This document shows positions 48,893 through 60,600 of a DNA stretch of 64,000 nt, one piece after another. The notes under the pieces are model-generated. The model was not told the origin of the DNA, did no database searches, and was given only the letters and a program-made list of their open reading frames with translations. Position 1 is the stretch's first letter. Every line of letters starts with the position of its first letter. The stretch spans positions 1,054,001 through 1,118,000 of the forward strand of contig OZ176056.1 of the NCBI GenBank assembly GCA_964247055.1. Direction: 5' to 3'. A program made the position numbers and the translations under genes. Source of the stretch: Paragordius varius. Taxonomy: Eukaryota > Animalia > Nematomorpha.

Positions 48893-49182
48893 CAGGGTGT
48901 CCAACATAAAATAACTGAGTGGGACATAATTGCTACGGAAAACTTTACGGACCACATTCGCAAATTATCAGAACTTTAATAAAAAAAATTTAGATTCGAA
49001 ACATAAGACTGAAAAAAAAATACGAAAACTATAAAACTAGTATATTACTTTGAACATTTTTTGCTATATTGCCAAAACTTGGAAGGCAGTGTTGAGAAAA
49101 TTTGTTAAAAATATCAATTTTGGTTAGATTTTGTTGTAAATAGCGTTTTTATCCAAAAATATTTTGGCGGGTTGAACACCCT
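48893..49182. mobile_element. hAT-like MITE (~290 bp)
   Basis: TIRs CAGGGTGTCCAAC / GTTGAACACCCT. The flanks GTCCAGAG / GTTTAGAA resemble a degraded 8-bp TSD. A related left end lies at ~47347. Confidence 0.6.
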
Positions 49183-49966
49183 AAGTTTAGAAAAAATCTG
49201 ATTGGTGTCCAATCAAGAAAATATTTTAAATTTGCCACAAAAATTTCCAAATTTAATAAATATTGAACTAAATATAGATAGCATGCCAGTATTCTTTGCA
49301 CTCCTAATTATCAAAGTCCCTCAGTCTTGAATGGCCCTATAATCTAATCAAGCCGAGTTGATAACCATGCACTTTTTTATGTTGTGGGTTTTTAAAGCTC
49401 ACCTAAGCCAAAAACAATTTAAAAAAATGAATTATTTATGTAATACTATATTTCTGTTAATTAAAATTAAATTTTATAAAGATATACTGAAAAAACCCTG
49501 AATACTAATTTATATTAAATTTGAAAAAAATATAATTATTTATAAAAGGGTAATAGCGGATACTGAGCCATGTATTTTGAAATGGGAAGGCGGGATCCCT
49601 TGTGAAAATACTTTATTATATGATAATGTTCTTCTATATTGATATATTTGTTGTAATTATTTTATTCTTTTTTTAGATTAGCCTTCAACAAACTATGGAA
49701 CCATACAAGTGAACGTTTAAAATGCATTGTATAACATTATTACTGGTTTGAGTCTGTTGATTGTCCTAACGCATTTCTCGTAAATACCACGGCACCCTTA
49801 ATTCCTAGTAGTTTCATAAATGATTTTATTCATGAGTGAGACCACAGTTGAGTGGGGAAAATAATACAAGATTTGTGTTGGGACATCAAACAGAACCATA
49901 TCATAATCATCTACTAAAACATTTTTGGGTATCAATCATAAATGTTCTAGAAAGATCGGATCGTAA

Positions 49967-49968
<2 letters not shown>

Positions 49969-50023
<55 letters not shown>
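49969..50023. repeat. (TA)n microsatellite (~27 units)
   Basis: Uninterrupted TA run, the longest in the window. Confidence 0.95.
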
Positions 50024-50028
<5 letters not shown>

Positions 50029-50824
50029 CAGGGATTTACTAAAATATCTTCCCCGTGGAACCCGATTGACACCAATGCATAATTGGAAGGTTAAATTTGC
50101 TTTTTAAGTCTCAGGGTTTACCTGTTAATGATCAAAAAACAGGCTGTAAGTTTTTACGATATAATATTAGTGGCAAAGGCTAATATTATTCTATTGTGCT
50201 TTAATAATAATCTATTCAAATAATATCCCCATTTTAGTTAATTAAGTACATCATATTTTTAATTCCAATTTTCCTGCATGGGGCCATATGGTTAGGGTTT
50301 TTGAAAGAATGATTCAAAAATACGAAATAACACTTCCTTTTTTTTATGATTATTTTTTGGGGTATTATTATACCCCATTGGAAAATTAAATACTGTTAAA
50401 GAAAATTAAATTAAAAAGCTTGTATTTTTTACAATTATTAATATAGAATCCGACATTGGGATAGCATTAAAATCTAAATGAAATAAACAGATGATTTCAA
50501 AATCAATATATAGCAAAGTATAAAAGCTTTTTATAACTTCTAATTTCCAAAGCATATTTTTAAGTCTCTAATACATTTCAAAAAAAATCTCTATGGGGTA
50601 CAAAACTACCATAAAAAGGAATCTAAGGGTTTTTAATCCATTATAAAAAAAATCATATGAACAACCCAAAAAATGAATATGAAACATGTGATTGATTTAG
50701 TAAAAAATGGACATTTTATTGCAGCTCTGAAAATTTAACAATATTATATAGCAAAAATAGTAATAATAATAACCAGTTATTGAACAACTTAATTAGCTAG
50801 CTGTATCAATTAAATAATACTGTC

Positions 50825-51384
50825 TAATTTAAATTATACGGACAAAATGTAAAAATATAAAGACAATTTTTTTTTCAAAAGACAGACACCCATACTTTTT
50901 AAACCTTAATTTATCTAATAAATTGATTGTGATATCAATTTACATTCTTAGTAGACTTTAAAGTTTAATATAATGAGTTATCTTTTATAAAAACATATTT
51001 AAAAATTAGGGTTGGTTATCTTTTAGAAAAAAATATTTGTTTTAATATTTTCACGTTTTGTATCTGTATAATTTTGATTTTCACTGTATGTATATTTTAA
51101 ACCTCTAATATTCCCAATATTTTTGTGTGAAACCAAATATTACAGTAAAAATTGAAATTAAACGGACAAATCGTAATATAAGGACAAATATTTTCTAAAA
51201 GACAACTATTGATCTTTTTAATATAACTTATTGTTTAAAACTACAAAGTGTTATATAGAAATGTAAATTGGTAACACAATCAATTATGTATTTTGCGATA
51301 ATTTTTTTAGGATAAGTTAAGGTTCAAAAAAGTATGGTTGTCTTTTGAAAAAAAATTTGTCCTAAAATTTTACATTTTTAACTG
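50825..51384. mobile_element. Two adjacent family-1 MITEs (~50825-51088 and 51143-51384)
   Basis: Both carry the family TIR motifs. The second starts TA|CAGTAAAAATTG and ends ACTG|TA. Confidence 0.8.
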
Positions 51385-52369
51385 TATGTAAACTGTAAAC
51401 TACACATCTCCGACCAATAATATAATATTTTTTTATTAACATAGGTAATCAATTATGAAAAAACGATCCCAGATATAAATTTGATGTCCCCACTCTATAA
51501 TGAATGATCTATCTAAACTCAGTAGTTGGAAATAAAACTCCGCTAAAGATTAGATATAAATGAAAGATTAATTATAAAATCAATGCAAAAATATATTTTT
51601 TAGTTTGTATATATGATAATTTCCAGATTCCCAATAATAATTATTGTTGTCACATATGTCATTGTCCTTAATGAAATTAATATTCTAATATCCCTTATTT
51701 ACATAATTTTTCATCAGTAGAAAAAAATTAACATGATTTGTTAGTTAAGCAATCTATATATTTATAAAAATGGACTACCCTATCCCTATCATATTCTAGA
51801 AAATTTATTCCTTTCTAGAGTTTTTTAATTTGTTCTCATATACTGCCATAAAAAACAAAATTATTTATTGAAAACGCTAGATTAAAAAAAATAAATAAAT
51901 TAATGCAAATAATATGTGCCTTGCTTGATATGATCCAATATAGAAGAGATAACTGTTGAAAATTATATATTCTTATAAAATTGGCTAAGATATATATATG
52001 CATAAATATGTAGGGGGAACAATTTTGCCAGTTAATTGAATCAGAAATATACTTATAGTGTGCAATGTAACACCACAATATTATTGATTTTTTTGGAGAA
52101 AATAAAAAATGATTGTTATGCATTTTGGTACTAAATCGTACTTAATTAATTAATTAATTTGAAATACTTCTAAATCAATTGGTTAATATAAAAGCAGCAA
52201 TGAAAAAACTCACAACTTGTTAAACAACCAAATTTATACCTGTTAAATGCATAATTTTAAAATATAAAATTTGGTATCCTTCTATTTTGTACTTAAAAGG
52301 TTTAATCATTTATTTTTAATATTTTTGGTATCACCTAATTATGAAGGAATTATTTATCATATTTACATC

Positions 52370-53430
52370 GGCTTTTACGCAATTGGCCCATCTATCTCAG
52401 GTAATACATGAATGCCTGCCAAAAAAGTAATTGCCATTTGCGGTAAGTTATTCGTTAAGGCATTTTTCAACTTTTTCGAAAAAGTGCTGCTTTGTGTGAG
52501 TGTGCCTTATTAATACAAAGTATTAAGACGACGCTGGTCAGTTAGTATGAGGTAGAGTTTTCAATCCATGTAATTCTAAAATGTTTTTAAGTAGTTTTTC
52601 TGTAGGAAACGGAGAAAAATTACCTTGCACGTGTCTAAAGAATTGTCGTTTTTTGATTAATGCATGGTTTATATCATCAATTGTTAATGCGTTGCGTATT
52701 AATGGTTTAGCTGGTCTTTAAAAGCATTAATACATAAAAGCGCTCTAATATATCGGACCTATGTCGAAGCATTGTGGCCATGTTGTTGATGGAGCTGTTT
52801 GGCAAGGTCAAAACCATGTTTTTGTATGTAATAAAGCCACTACTCATCACCAATATTGATTTCTTTTCGTGGCGTTAAATCTATTCAAAAGTCTCCTTGG
52901 ATTTTCGATTTTATGTTTGTGTGGCAGAGGCATAATTTGCATTTCTGTCGCCCCCTCAATTTTAATGCAGTCCCTTCATTTTTAGAAAAATTATCAAATT
53001 TAAACCGTGGACATGACCACACATAAATGGGTGATTTTTTTAAGTACATTTTTTTTTGAAATATTAAAATTTTTTGAAATCCGACTTTTCCATTGATATT
53101 ACAACTTTAACATTTTACACAATGTTTCACATGTTATAATTAATGGAGCTAGTTCACCATATGCTTCTGCCAAAAATCTATGATATGAAAAGGGTATTTT
53201 TCGATGGCTGTGCGTGCGCGAATGTTCTTTTTAGGCATATTCGACATGATTGCTGAATAATAAAAAACGCTAGTTTTTGACAAACTCACCTTTTGTGTTT
53301 TTATCGTTTAATGATGAACGAAATGGCTTGTGTGTCAAATTAATCAGTTGCAAACTTTTTGCCTAAATCTTTATAGTTAAACCGTTAATAACGTACGACT
53401 ACATACCCCTAATGTACATCTTATACAAAA
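52370..53430 (-). pseudogene. Decayed mariner (Mos1-like) transposase element
   Basis: From ATG 53247, the - strand gives MSNMPKK..., YHRFLAEAYGELAPLIITCE (Mos1 SHRMLVEAFGEQVPTVKTCE), INIGDE*WLYY (IVTGDEKW), INHALIKKR, LKTLPH and *DRWA. A TIR-like TAAGATGTACATTAGGG lies at ~53426. Many stops and frameshifts. Confidence 0.85.
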
Positions 53431-53465
53431 ATTATATGATCAAAATATTATTTGATGTTATAAAA

Positions 53466-53709
53466 CAGGGCTTCAAACCGGAAACACATGAAACCGGAAC
53501 CTGGTTTCTGAGATTTCACAAGGAAGCGGTTCCAAAATTTAATAAATTACCCCGGTTTCATTTTCATTAGCCTGCTGGGTCCGGTTCCAACCGTTCAGAC
53601 CAGTTGAGTTTAGGTTCCTGAGGAAGTAAAACCAGAACCGGGTTGATTCCAACCATACGAAACTGGTTCCTGCTGAAATATCATGAACTAAGCTCCGGTT
53701 CAAAGCCCT
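53466..53709. mobile_element. hAT-like MITE with AACCGG/GGTTCC subterminal repeats (~245 bp)
   Basis: TIRs CAGGGCTTCAAACCGG / CCGGTTCAAAGCCCT and many internal AACCG/GGTT motifs. No clear TSD. Confidence 0.6.
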
Positions 53710-53764
53710 TTCCTTTGTATACATTTATTAACATATAACTGGTAGGTTTATTTAAATTTAAAGT

Positions 53765-53986
53765 ATACTATTCAACCTTGAACAATTCATATTCACCCTC
53801 GAACAATAATTCACCCTCAAATAAAATATATGTTTAAGATTAAAAAATTTTTAAAAAATAAAAATTTTGTTTTAAATTATATACTGAAAAAATAATAAAC
53901 TCTGCCATATGGATATATTTTATATTAATATGAGTTATATTAAATCGACAATTTATTTTTAGGGGGAATTTGAATTGTAAATGGTA
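53765..53986. mobile_element. MITE family 2 copy
   Basis: Left 21-mer remnants; right end GAATTTGAATTGTAAATGGTA|TA. Confidence 0.75.
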
Positions 53987-54229
53987 TATCAAAAGTAGGA
54001 GTTAACCCATAATAATTTAGAGTGAATAAACATATGCAAATCTATGTTTATTCTTCTCTTAAAATCCATTCTTATTCTGAATTTCCAGAAATTTATGTTA
54101 AAATCTTGTCCTTTGCCATATGTGTTTTATTATGTACAAATTCGCAAGTAATTATCTATATACCGTGATGAAACAAAACTTCTCATAAAAAATTTGTAAT
54201 AAATATCCATCAATACCATTTGTATGAGG

Positions 54230-54410
54230 ATTCACCATTAAATGGCGGTGTACCCGTTTATTTTTTCCCCAATCTTTTCTTGATCTGGCTAATTCTATAG
54301 TTAGATTCGAGGTATAGGGTCTATCGGATTTAGCTGGTAGTAATCGAGTAATTTTTCATAGATGTGGGTATCTTGCCGTCTTTCAACATGTCCAGACCAT
54401 TGTAACCGGA
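54230..54410 (-). mobile_element. Probable 3' fragment of an RTE-like LINE
   Basis: Minus-strand RLQWSGHVERRQDTHIYEKLL and ELARSRKDW resemble the RTE C-terminal LRWxGHVxR and LAxDRxxWR motifs. Confidence 0.5.
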
Positions 54411-54664
54411 GATTCCTGGTGAGGAATTTCACAGTTTGGAAAAAAATTTAACTCTTATTTAATATCAATCGCTAACTAACTAGTTTCAAAAATATATATA
54501 ACCTTATTAATGCCATTTATTAAATTGCAAAGTATAAATATATGGAATAATTTTATATGGGTAGAATAATAAACAATTATAATAAACAATCGGTAATTAT
54601 AAATTAAAATCAGCGAAAAATATATATTGTCCTTTATAAATAGATCAGTAGTAAATTATATAAA

Positions 54665-57600
54665 TTAAACAACATCAACATAAGTGTAATGCGGTTTCGC
54701 TTTTAAACTCAGAGAACTCAAATGTTCGGCTTGGACTTGTTTCAAACCTTCACGGAACATGCCTATCATATTATATAAATTTAAAAAATAGATATACAGT
54801 AAAAATTGAATTATACGGGGACAAAACGTAAAAATATAAGGACAAATATTTTTTTCTAAAAGACAACCAAACTTTTTAAAATAATCTTTCCCATATAAGC
54901 TATTTAGTGTTACAATTGTAAAATATAGAATTGATTGTGTTAGTATTATATATCTCTATTTCACACTTTGCTATTTAAAACAATGAGTTATATTGATATA
55001 AATCTGGATTTAAAAAGTTTGGTTGTCTTTTAGAAAAAAATATTTGTCGTTATATTTTTACGTTTTGCCCGTATAATTTTAGTTTCTACTGTAAAATGGA
55101 CATTCTTTAAACATATAAAAAAAATTAGTTTACTTTACCGTATTTATAATGGTTTCATCACAGTTAAATTTGCTTGGATAAAATGTATAAATAGGTATAA
55201 ATTAAAATTCTAATTTTTAATATAGAGCCAAAATAAAAAGGTAAAAAATTGGCAGTTTTATACAATGTCATCGATACTGAGCGATTAATCTAAATATTTT
55301 GATAAAATAAAGCCAATTAATTATGTCAAATTAAGGTTGTGAAAATTTTATGAATGTTACCTAATTTAAATTAAACAGCTTTAATCATATATGTTCGCTA
55401 CATAAAAAATTAAAAATTTCAAGAATATTGAGTTTATATAGATATGACACATTTGTATTGCAACTCTTATATAAAAAACAGTTAGTTTTTAACTTTACTT
55501 TTACGCCTAAAATTCTAACGTAAATATAATTTTATTTGAAAAGATTTTTTTAAATAAAAAACCTTGTAACTGTTTATTAGCTGCCATAGTTTTATAAGAT
55601 TCCTTTCCTGCATAAATATCATTTTGAGAGGAAGCAAAACTAGACCGTTTACTATTTGTGCTTAAGGCTGGCGATGAAGTATTAATTATTGCTTTTACAA
55701 AATTATTCTTTTCTTGTGGTTTTTGCATCATTTTAAGACAATTTATATTGCTATTGTAATCAGCATTATCATTTAATGATGGTAAAATAATATTTGATTT
55801 ATTCGGTTGACTACTTTGATTGCCAGTATCATTCATAGAGTTACCTAATGAAAAAATTTGAAATTATAAACACCAAACAAAATCACGATAATATTTAAGA
55901 CAACCTTTCTATCGGATTGGGTTGTGTAATATGAAATATAATTTGTCATATAATTAAATTTTATTATATAACATTTACAGTTTCACCCTTGAACAACTCA
56001 AAACTCACCATAAAAACAATTATGTGTTTTCGAACTGTTATCAATATTTATATGAAATATATCTTTATGTCACAATTAATTTTGAATTGTTTAATAAGGG
56101 TGAATTTGAATTGTATGTGGTATTAACAAAAGAGCTATTAGGTTTTTATACAATCAAAAAAATTCTCCAATTATTTTTTGACTTAAAAGGCGAAAATTTG
56201 AAAAAAAAACAGTAATTAAAAAACCATTTAGCATTATAGAAATTTTAAACTCACAAAATATTTCAATCTAACAGAGCAAAACAAATTAATATTTAATGCC
56301 AAATAATTAAAAACATTTATTTTAGATTACTAACAAATGCAAGTTCAGTTCAAATATTTATATATATATATATTACCCATCAAAAGAAGATGATTGTTTA
56401 ATGGTGATAAATCCAACAAGGTACAGGGATTAGGATGAAATACCATTTTATTCATTAGTTTCGTGTAAGCTATTCCCAACTGTTGAATATTTCCTGAAAC
56501 TGAACTTAAATTATTTTCCAACGTGAATGGTAGGATATCTTTTGGAGTTAATTCTGATATAGAACGGGGTTCACATTCCCCAAACCATGATATGAGACAT
56601 TTAATTACTGTAAAAAGTACATACAACTTTATAAATTATTACAGTAAAAATTAGGCGTAAAATAATGTTGTAAAGAGTAAAAGTTAAAGTTTTTGTTATG
56701 AAACGCGGTAATTATGTTAAAATTTTCAATTTACCTTTAAATAATAATGACCAACTAATTACATTTCATCTTATACATACTATATTATAAATTAAAAATA
56801 TGGTTATAAATATTTGGAGATTGCGGTTTATTATAAAAAAAACTCTGATTTTTACTTTCTTATTTAAAGCCTTATCGTTTTGTTTAATTACATAAATTGT
56901 TAATCAAAAAATTATAATATGCCTAATAATTTGTATTAACAAATTATTTTATTGAAAATTTAATTATATATCCATAAAAAACAAAACAAAATCTAAACCA
57001 AAAATAAAAATATAATACTTTGTTCATTTTGAGTCGGTTTCTTAGATTTTGATTCTATGGCGGGTGATTTTTTTGCATTGGAATTGTTGGGTATTTGAGT
57101 TTTTTTACGAATTTCCAAGAGCTTTGCGGGCCACCACGGATAACCAGCTATTTTGCCCCAAACCAAATCATTCGGGTGTAAAATTAAACCTACGATATAT
57201 AAAAAATTTTTTTTATGGAATAAATTAAAATTCGTAACAATCTTTTTTTTGTTGAAACTATGTTAAATTAGATAACTGCAACCGTTTCAGAACCGAAACT
57301 GCGGTTTCGAAAAAAACAATTTTTATTTAGCCAATTTTTAGCACAGTGTTAGTCTGTTTTATATGTTTAACAAAAAATATTAATTTAAACTACTTTAGGA
57401 AAAAAATGATAAAAAATTTGTAGTTTATAACTTTAAAATCTTACGGTTATTATTTACCTTAATTTACTTGACTTATTGGTAAATTAATAATATGTAACAT
57501 AGATGATAAAAAAACTGGAATCAAATACGGTTTTATTTATTAAATAATAATATTAAAAGTAAGATTAAAAAATTTTCTACAAAGATTAGCTATTCATATG

Positions 57601-60600
57601 ACTGGAGAAGTTTTAAAAAGCGAATATATCTATAAAAAACATTTATAAAATTTAAATTTTTTAACATAATAATAATAATTAAAAAAATCACAAGTTACCT
57701 GGAATCTTGGGACACGTGACGGAATCCAATATGGCAGTGACAGGGCTTTGCATAGAATATAAAACATCATTCTGATTGGATTTTTTGGCCATTTTAGAGG
57801 CAAAAGAGGCGCATTTATTAATATTGGTTGTAGGTTTCGTTTCTCGCATTGTCAAAAGATGATTAGAGTTTGTTGAATTGTTGTTATGGGTTAATTTGAG
57901 CTTTTTATAAGTACCATTATTATCTATATTTGAAAAAGTATTTATGTGATAAGAAGGTACATCAATTTTAATCAAAGGTTCTTGCTCAAATTCAATCTTC
58001 AAATCGGTTTTTGGTGACGACAAATCCTTGAATTTTTCTAGGCTTAATAATGGTAGAGAGTTAATTTGCGGAGATTTGCCATTTGACTTTAAAGGGTTAT
58101 TATTGTTATTGCTTTTAGAGTCTGTGTCTATCATATATGCATGAAATAAAATATTAATAGGTACAAAGTTTTTTTTGGTTTATATTAAATATCAACTCTT
58201 TATCTGAGAAATGAAATAATAAATTAGGTGAAAAAGAAATTGATCAATTCAAAACTTTTGTTAAATTTCAAATTGATGAGTGAACACTAAATTATGAATA
58301 TTTTTATTAAGTAACTAATTTTGTTTTAAAGAAATTAAGATAATAAGATATGATATCAAAATTATTTCTTGAATATATCCAGATTTAATTTGAAAGTAAT
58401 CTCAATATTTACTCATTTTCATTATGCAAAACAAAGAATTATTTGGCATTCTTAAATTTAAAAATCCATTTTGCTAAATAAATAAATATATATATATTTA
58501 TTTAGAATTCAAATTCACTATTGAACAATTCAAATTCACCCTTGAACAATTCAAATTCACCCTTGAACGATTTAGATTCACCATTGAGCAATTCAAATTC
58601 ACCCTTGAACATTTAAAATTCTCCCTTGAATTATTCAAATTCACCCTTGAACAATTTAAATTTACCATTGACCAATTCAAACTCACCCGCGAACAATTCA
58701 AATTCACCCAAATAATAAATTATGTGTTTTCGAGCTAATATAACTCATTATTAATATGAAATATATTCGTATGGCATAGTTTATTTTTTTTTCAGTATGG
58801 TATTAATTTACGTAATCACATTTTGTATAATGATAAAAAAATAAAGGTAATTTCAAATCTCAAATAACACAATTTATTTTAGGGTGAATTTGAATTGTTT
58901 AGAGGTAGATTTAGATTGTTCAAGGGTTTTTGAATTGTTCAAGGGTGAATTTAAATTGTTCAAGGGTGAATTTGAATTGTTCAAGGGTGAATTTGAACTG
59001 TAAATGGTATATTATAACCGATCCAAAATTAAATAAATAAATGAATATTCAAAATGGTTAAAATACTAAACTACGCCGCGTATTATAAAATTCAAAATTG
59101 AAGACTTACTAGTTATAGAAATTGCAGTATTATGTAATGGTGCCTTGTACAATTGCGTTTTAACCAATTTACGGCCTCGTTTACTAAAACCTGTAACTAA
59201 GTTATTGCTAATTAATTCACCCATAATCATATTTTCGGGTGGCGATTCAATCTAAAAAATATAAGGTTAAAATGCGGAAAAAAAGTAAAAGACAATATTT
59301 TTTCTTAAACGAACAAACAGCCATACTTTTTTGTTTAAAGTTATGTTTTTTATTTATAATTTATTATAAATATAATTTTGTTAAAATCATAATATAAAAA
59401 AAGACACATCCCAATTTTTTAATATATTTTTTCATTTAAATTTTAAATTCTATTGAAAAAATATATCATCGTACAAAATGTTACCAAATTACATCTCTAT
59501 TCCTTATTTTTCAACTCATTATACAAGTTATATTAGGCTAAAAAACAAGATTTAAAAATATGGTTGTCTTTTAAAAATTTTACCACATTTTGGGTTAAAT
59601 GAAATGTATAAGCAAAGGCTCTTAAAAGCTAAAGTGATGATAATAAATTTTTTACTTATCAAATATAATTTTTAAACTATAAAATAAAACATTTTTTTCT
59701 AAGGATTTGACTTAATTATTAGAATATACTGTAAAATTGATTTTTTCTGTCATGGGGGCATTTTGTTTTTTTGATTCGATATTATCCAACAAGTCAGCGC
59801 AATTGTTGTCGCCATTATTTAAATTATTACAGGCTTCAGGGATATCAATAATTAATTGTCCATTACCATCCTCTTTCAAGGGGTACGAATCTTGGCTATT
59901 TTCCTCGCTATCATATAAAATTTCCAAATTATTTTTGGGATTTATTTTTTCTATTGCATTTTTGTTTTCAGAGTTTGAAATGACAATATAATTTGTGGGT
60001 GAATTCGATATATTATTCATATTATTTGATATTAATGGATTTGAATTATTTATAGTGTCTATGTTGTTTTTGTTTGCAATAGAAAGAGTTGATGGAGAAA
60101 TGTTTAAGCATTTACTACTTGGAACATTGAATGTGACTCGTTTCCTTCGTTTTTTACTATATATAGTGTTGGAACACATACAGTAAAAACTCAAATTATA
60201 CGGACAATAATTTTTTTCAAGATGAAAACCATCTTTTATAACCTTATTATCAATTTTATACTTTAGAAGATAGAGCAATGAGTTATATTTTTGAAAAGGG
60301 AGTTTAAAAAAGTATGGTTTTTTAGAAAAAATATTTGTCCGTATATTTTTAAGTTTTGTCCGTATAATTTTATTTTTTACTATATTTTTTGTTATATAGG
60401 TATAAAATATAATATGTATAATGCATGGATAAATTGTTTCATTATGTATAATATGAATGATGTATATAAATTTACTTTTAAGTTTACTGGTAATATTTAT
60501 TACAAATTTTTATATCTGAATAGATTAAGCCTAAGTTTTTGCTTATTTTTTTTATATACACCTGTCTTATTTTATTTTTAACTTTTATAATTGAACCGTT

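Noticed and set aside
49690-49960. Minus-strand near-open frame vaguely like a piggyBac transposase N-terminus
   Set aside because: No diagnostic catalytic motif or TTAA/CCC termini; the similarity is subjective.
49836-50027. ORFs ending in IYIYIY (also the ends of 12598-12822 and 13957-14142)
   Set aside because: These are translations of (TA)n microsatellites or intron read-through.
55139-55175. Possible small PWWP-gene exon (KFNCDETIINT)
   Set aside because: Its phases do not fit the flanking exons; exon 55844-55563 joins 54762 directly in phase 1.
58498-58707. ORF encoding heptad repeats (NLNCSRV)n
   Set aside because: It is the reading of the 21-bp minisatellite in a family-2 MITE inside a PWWP-gene intron.
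58505-59000. Regular 21-bp repeats superficially like a CRISPR array
   Set aside because: The units are head-to-tail with no unique spacers, are inverted in the other arm, have no cas genes nearby, and sit in a eukaryotic intron.
60157-60278. 5' part of ORF 59712-60278
   Set aside because: It is read-through into intron and MITE sequence; the real exon starts at the acceptor at 60156.
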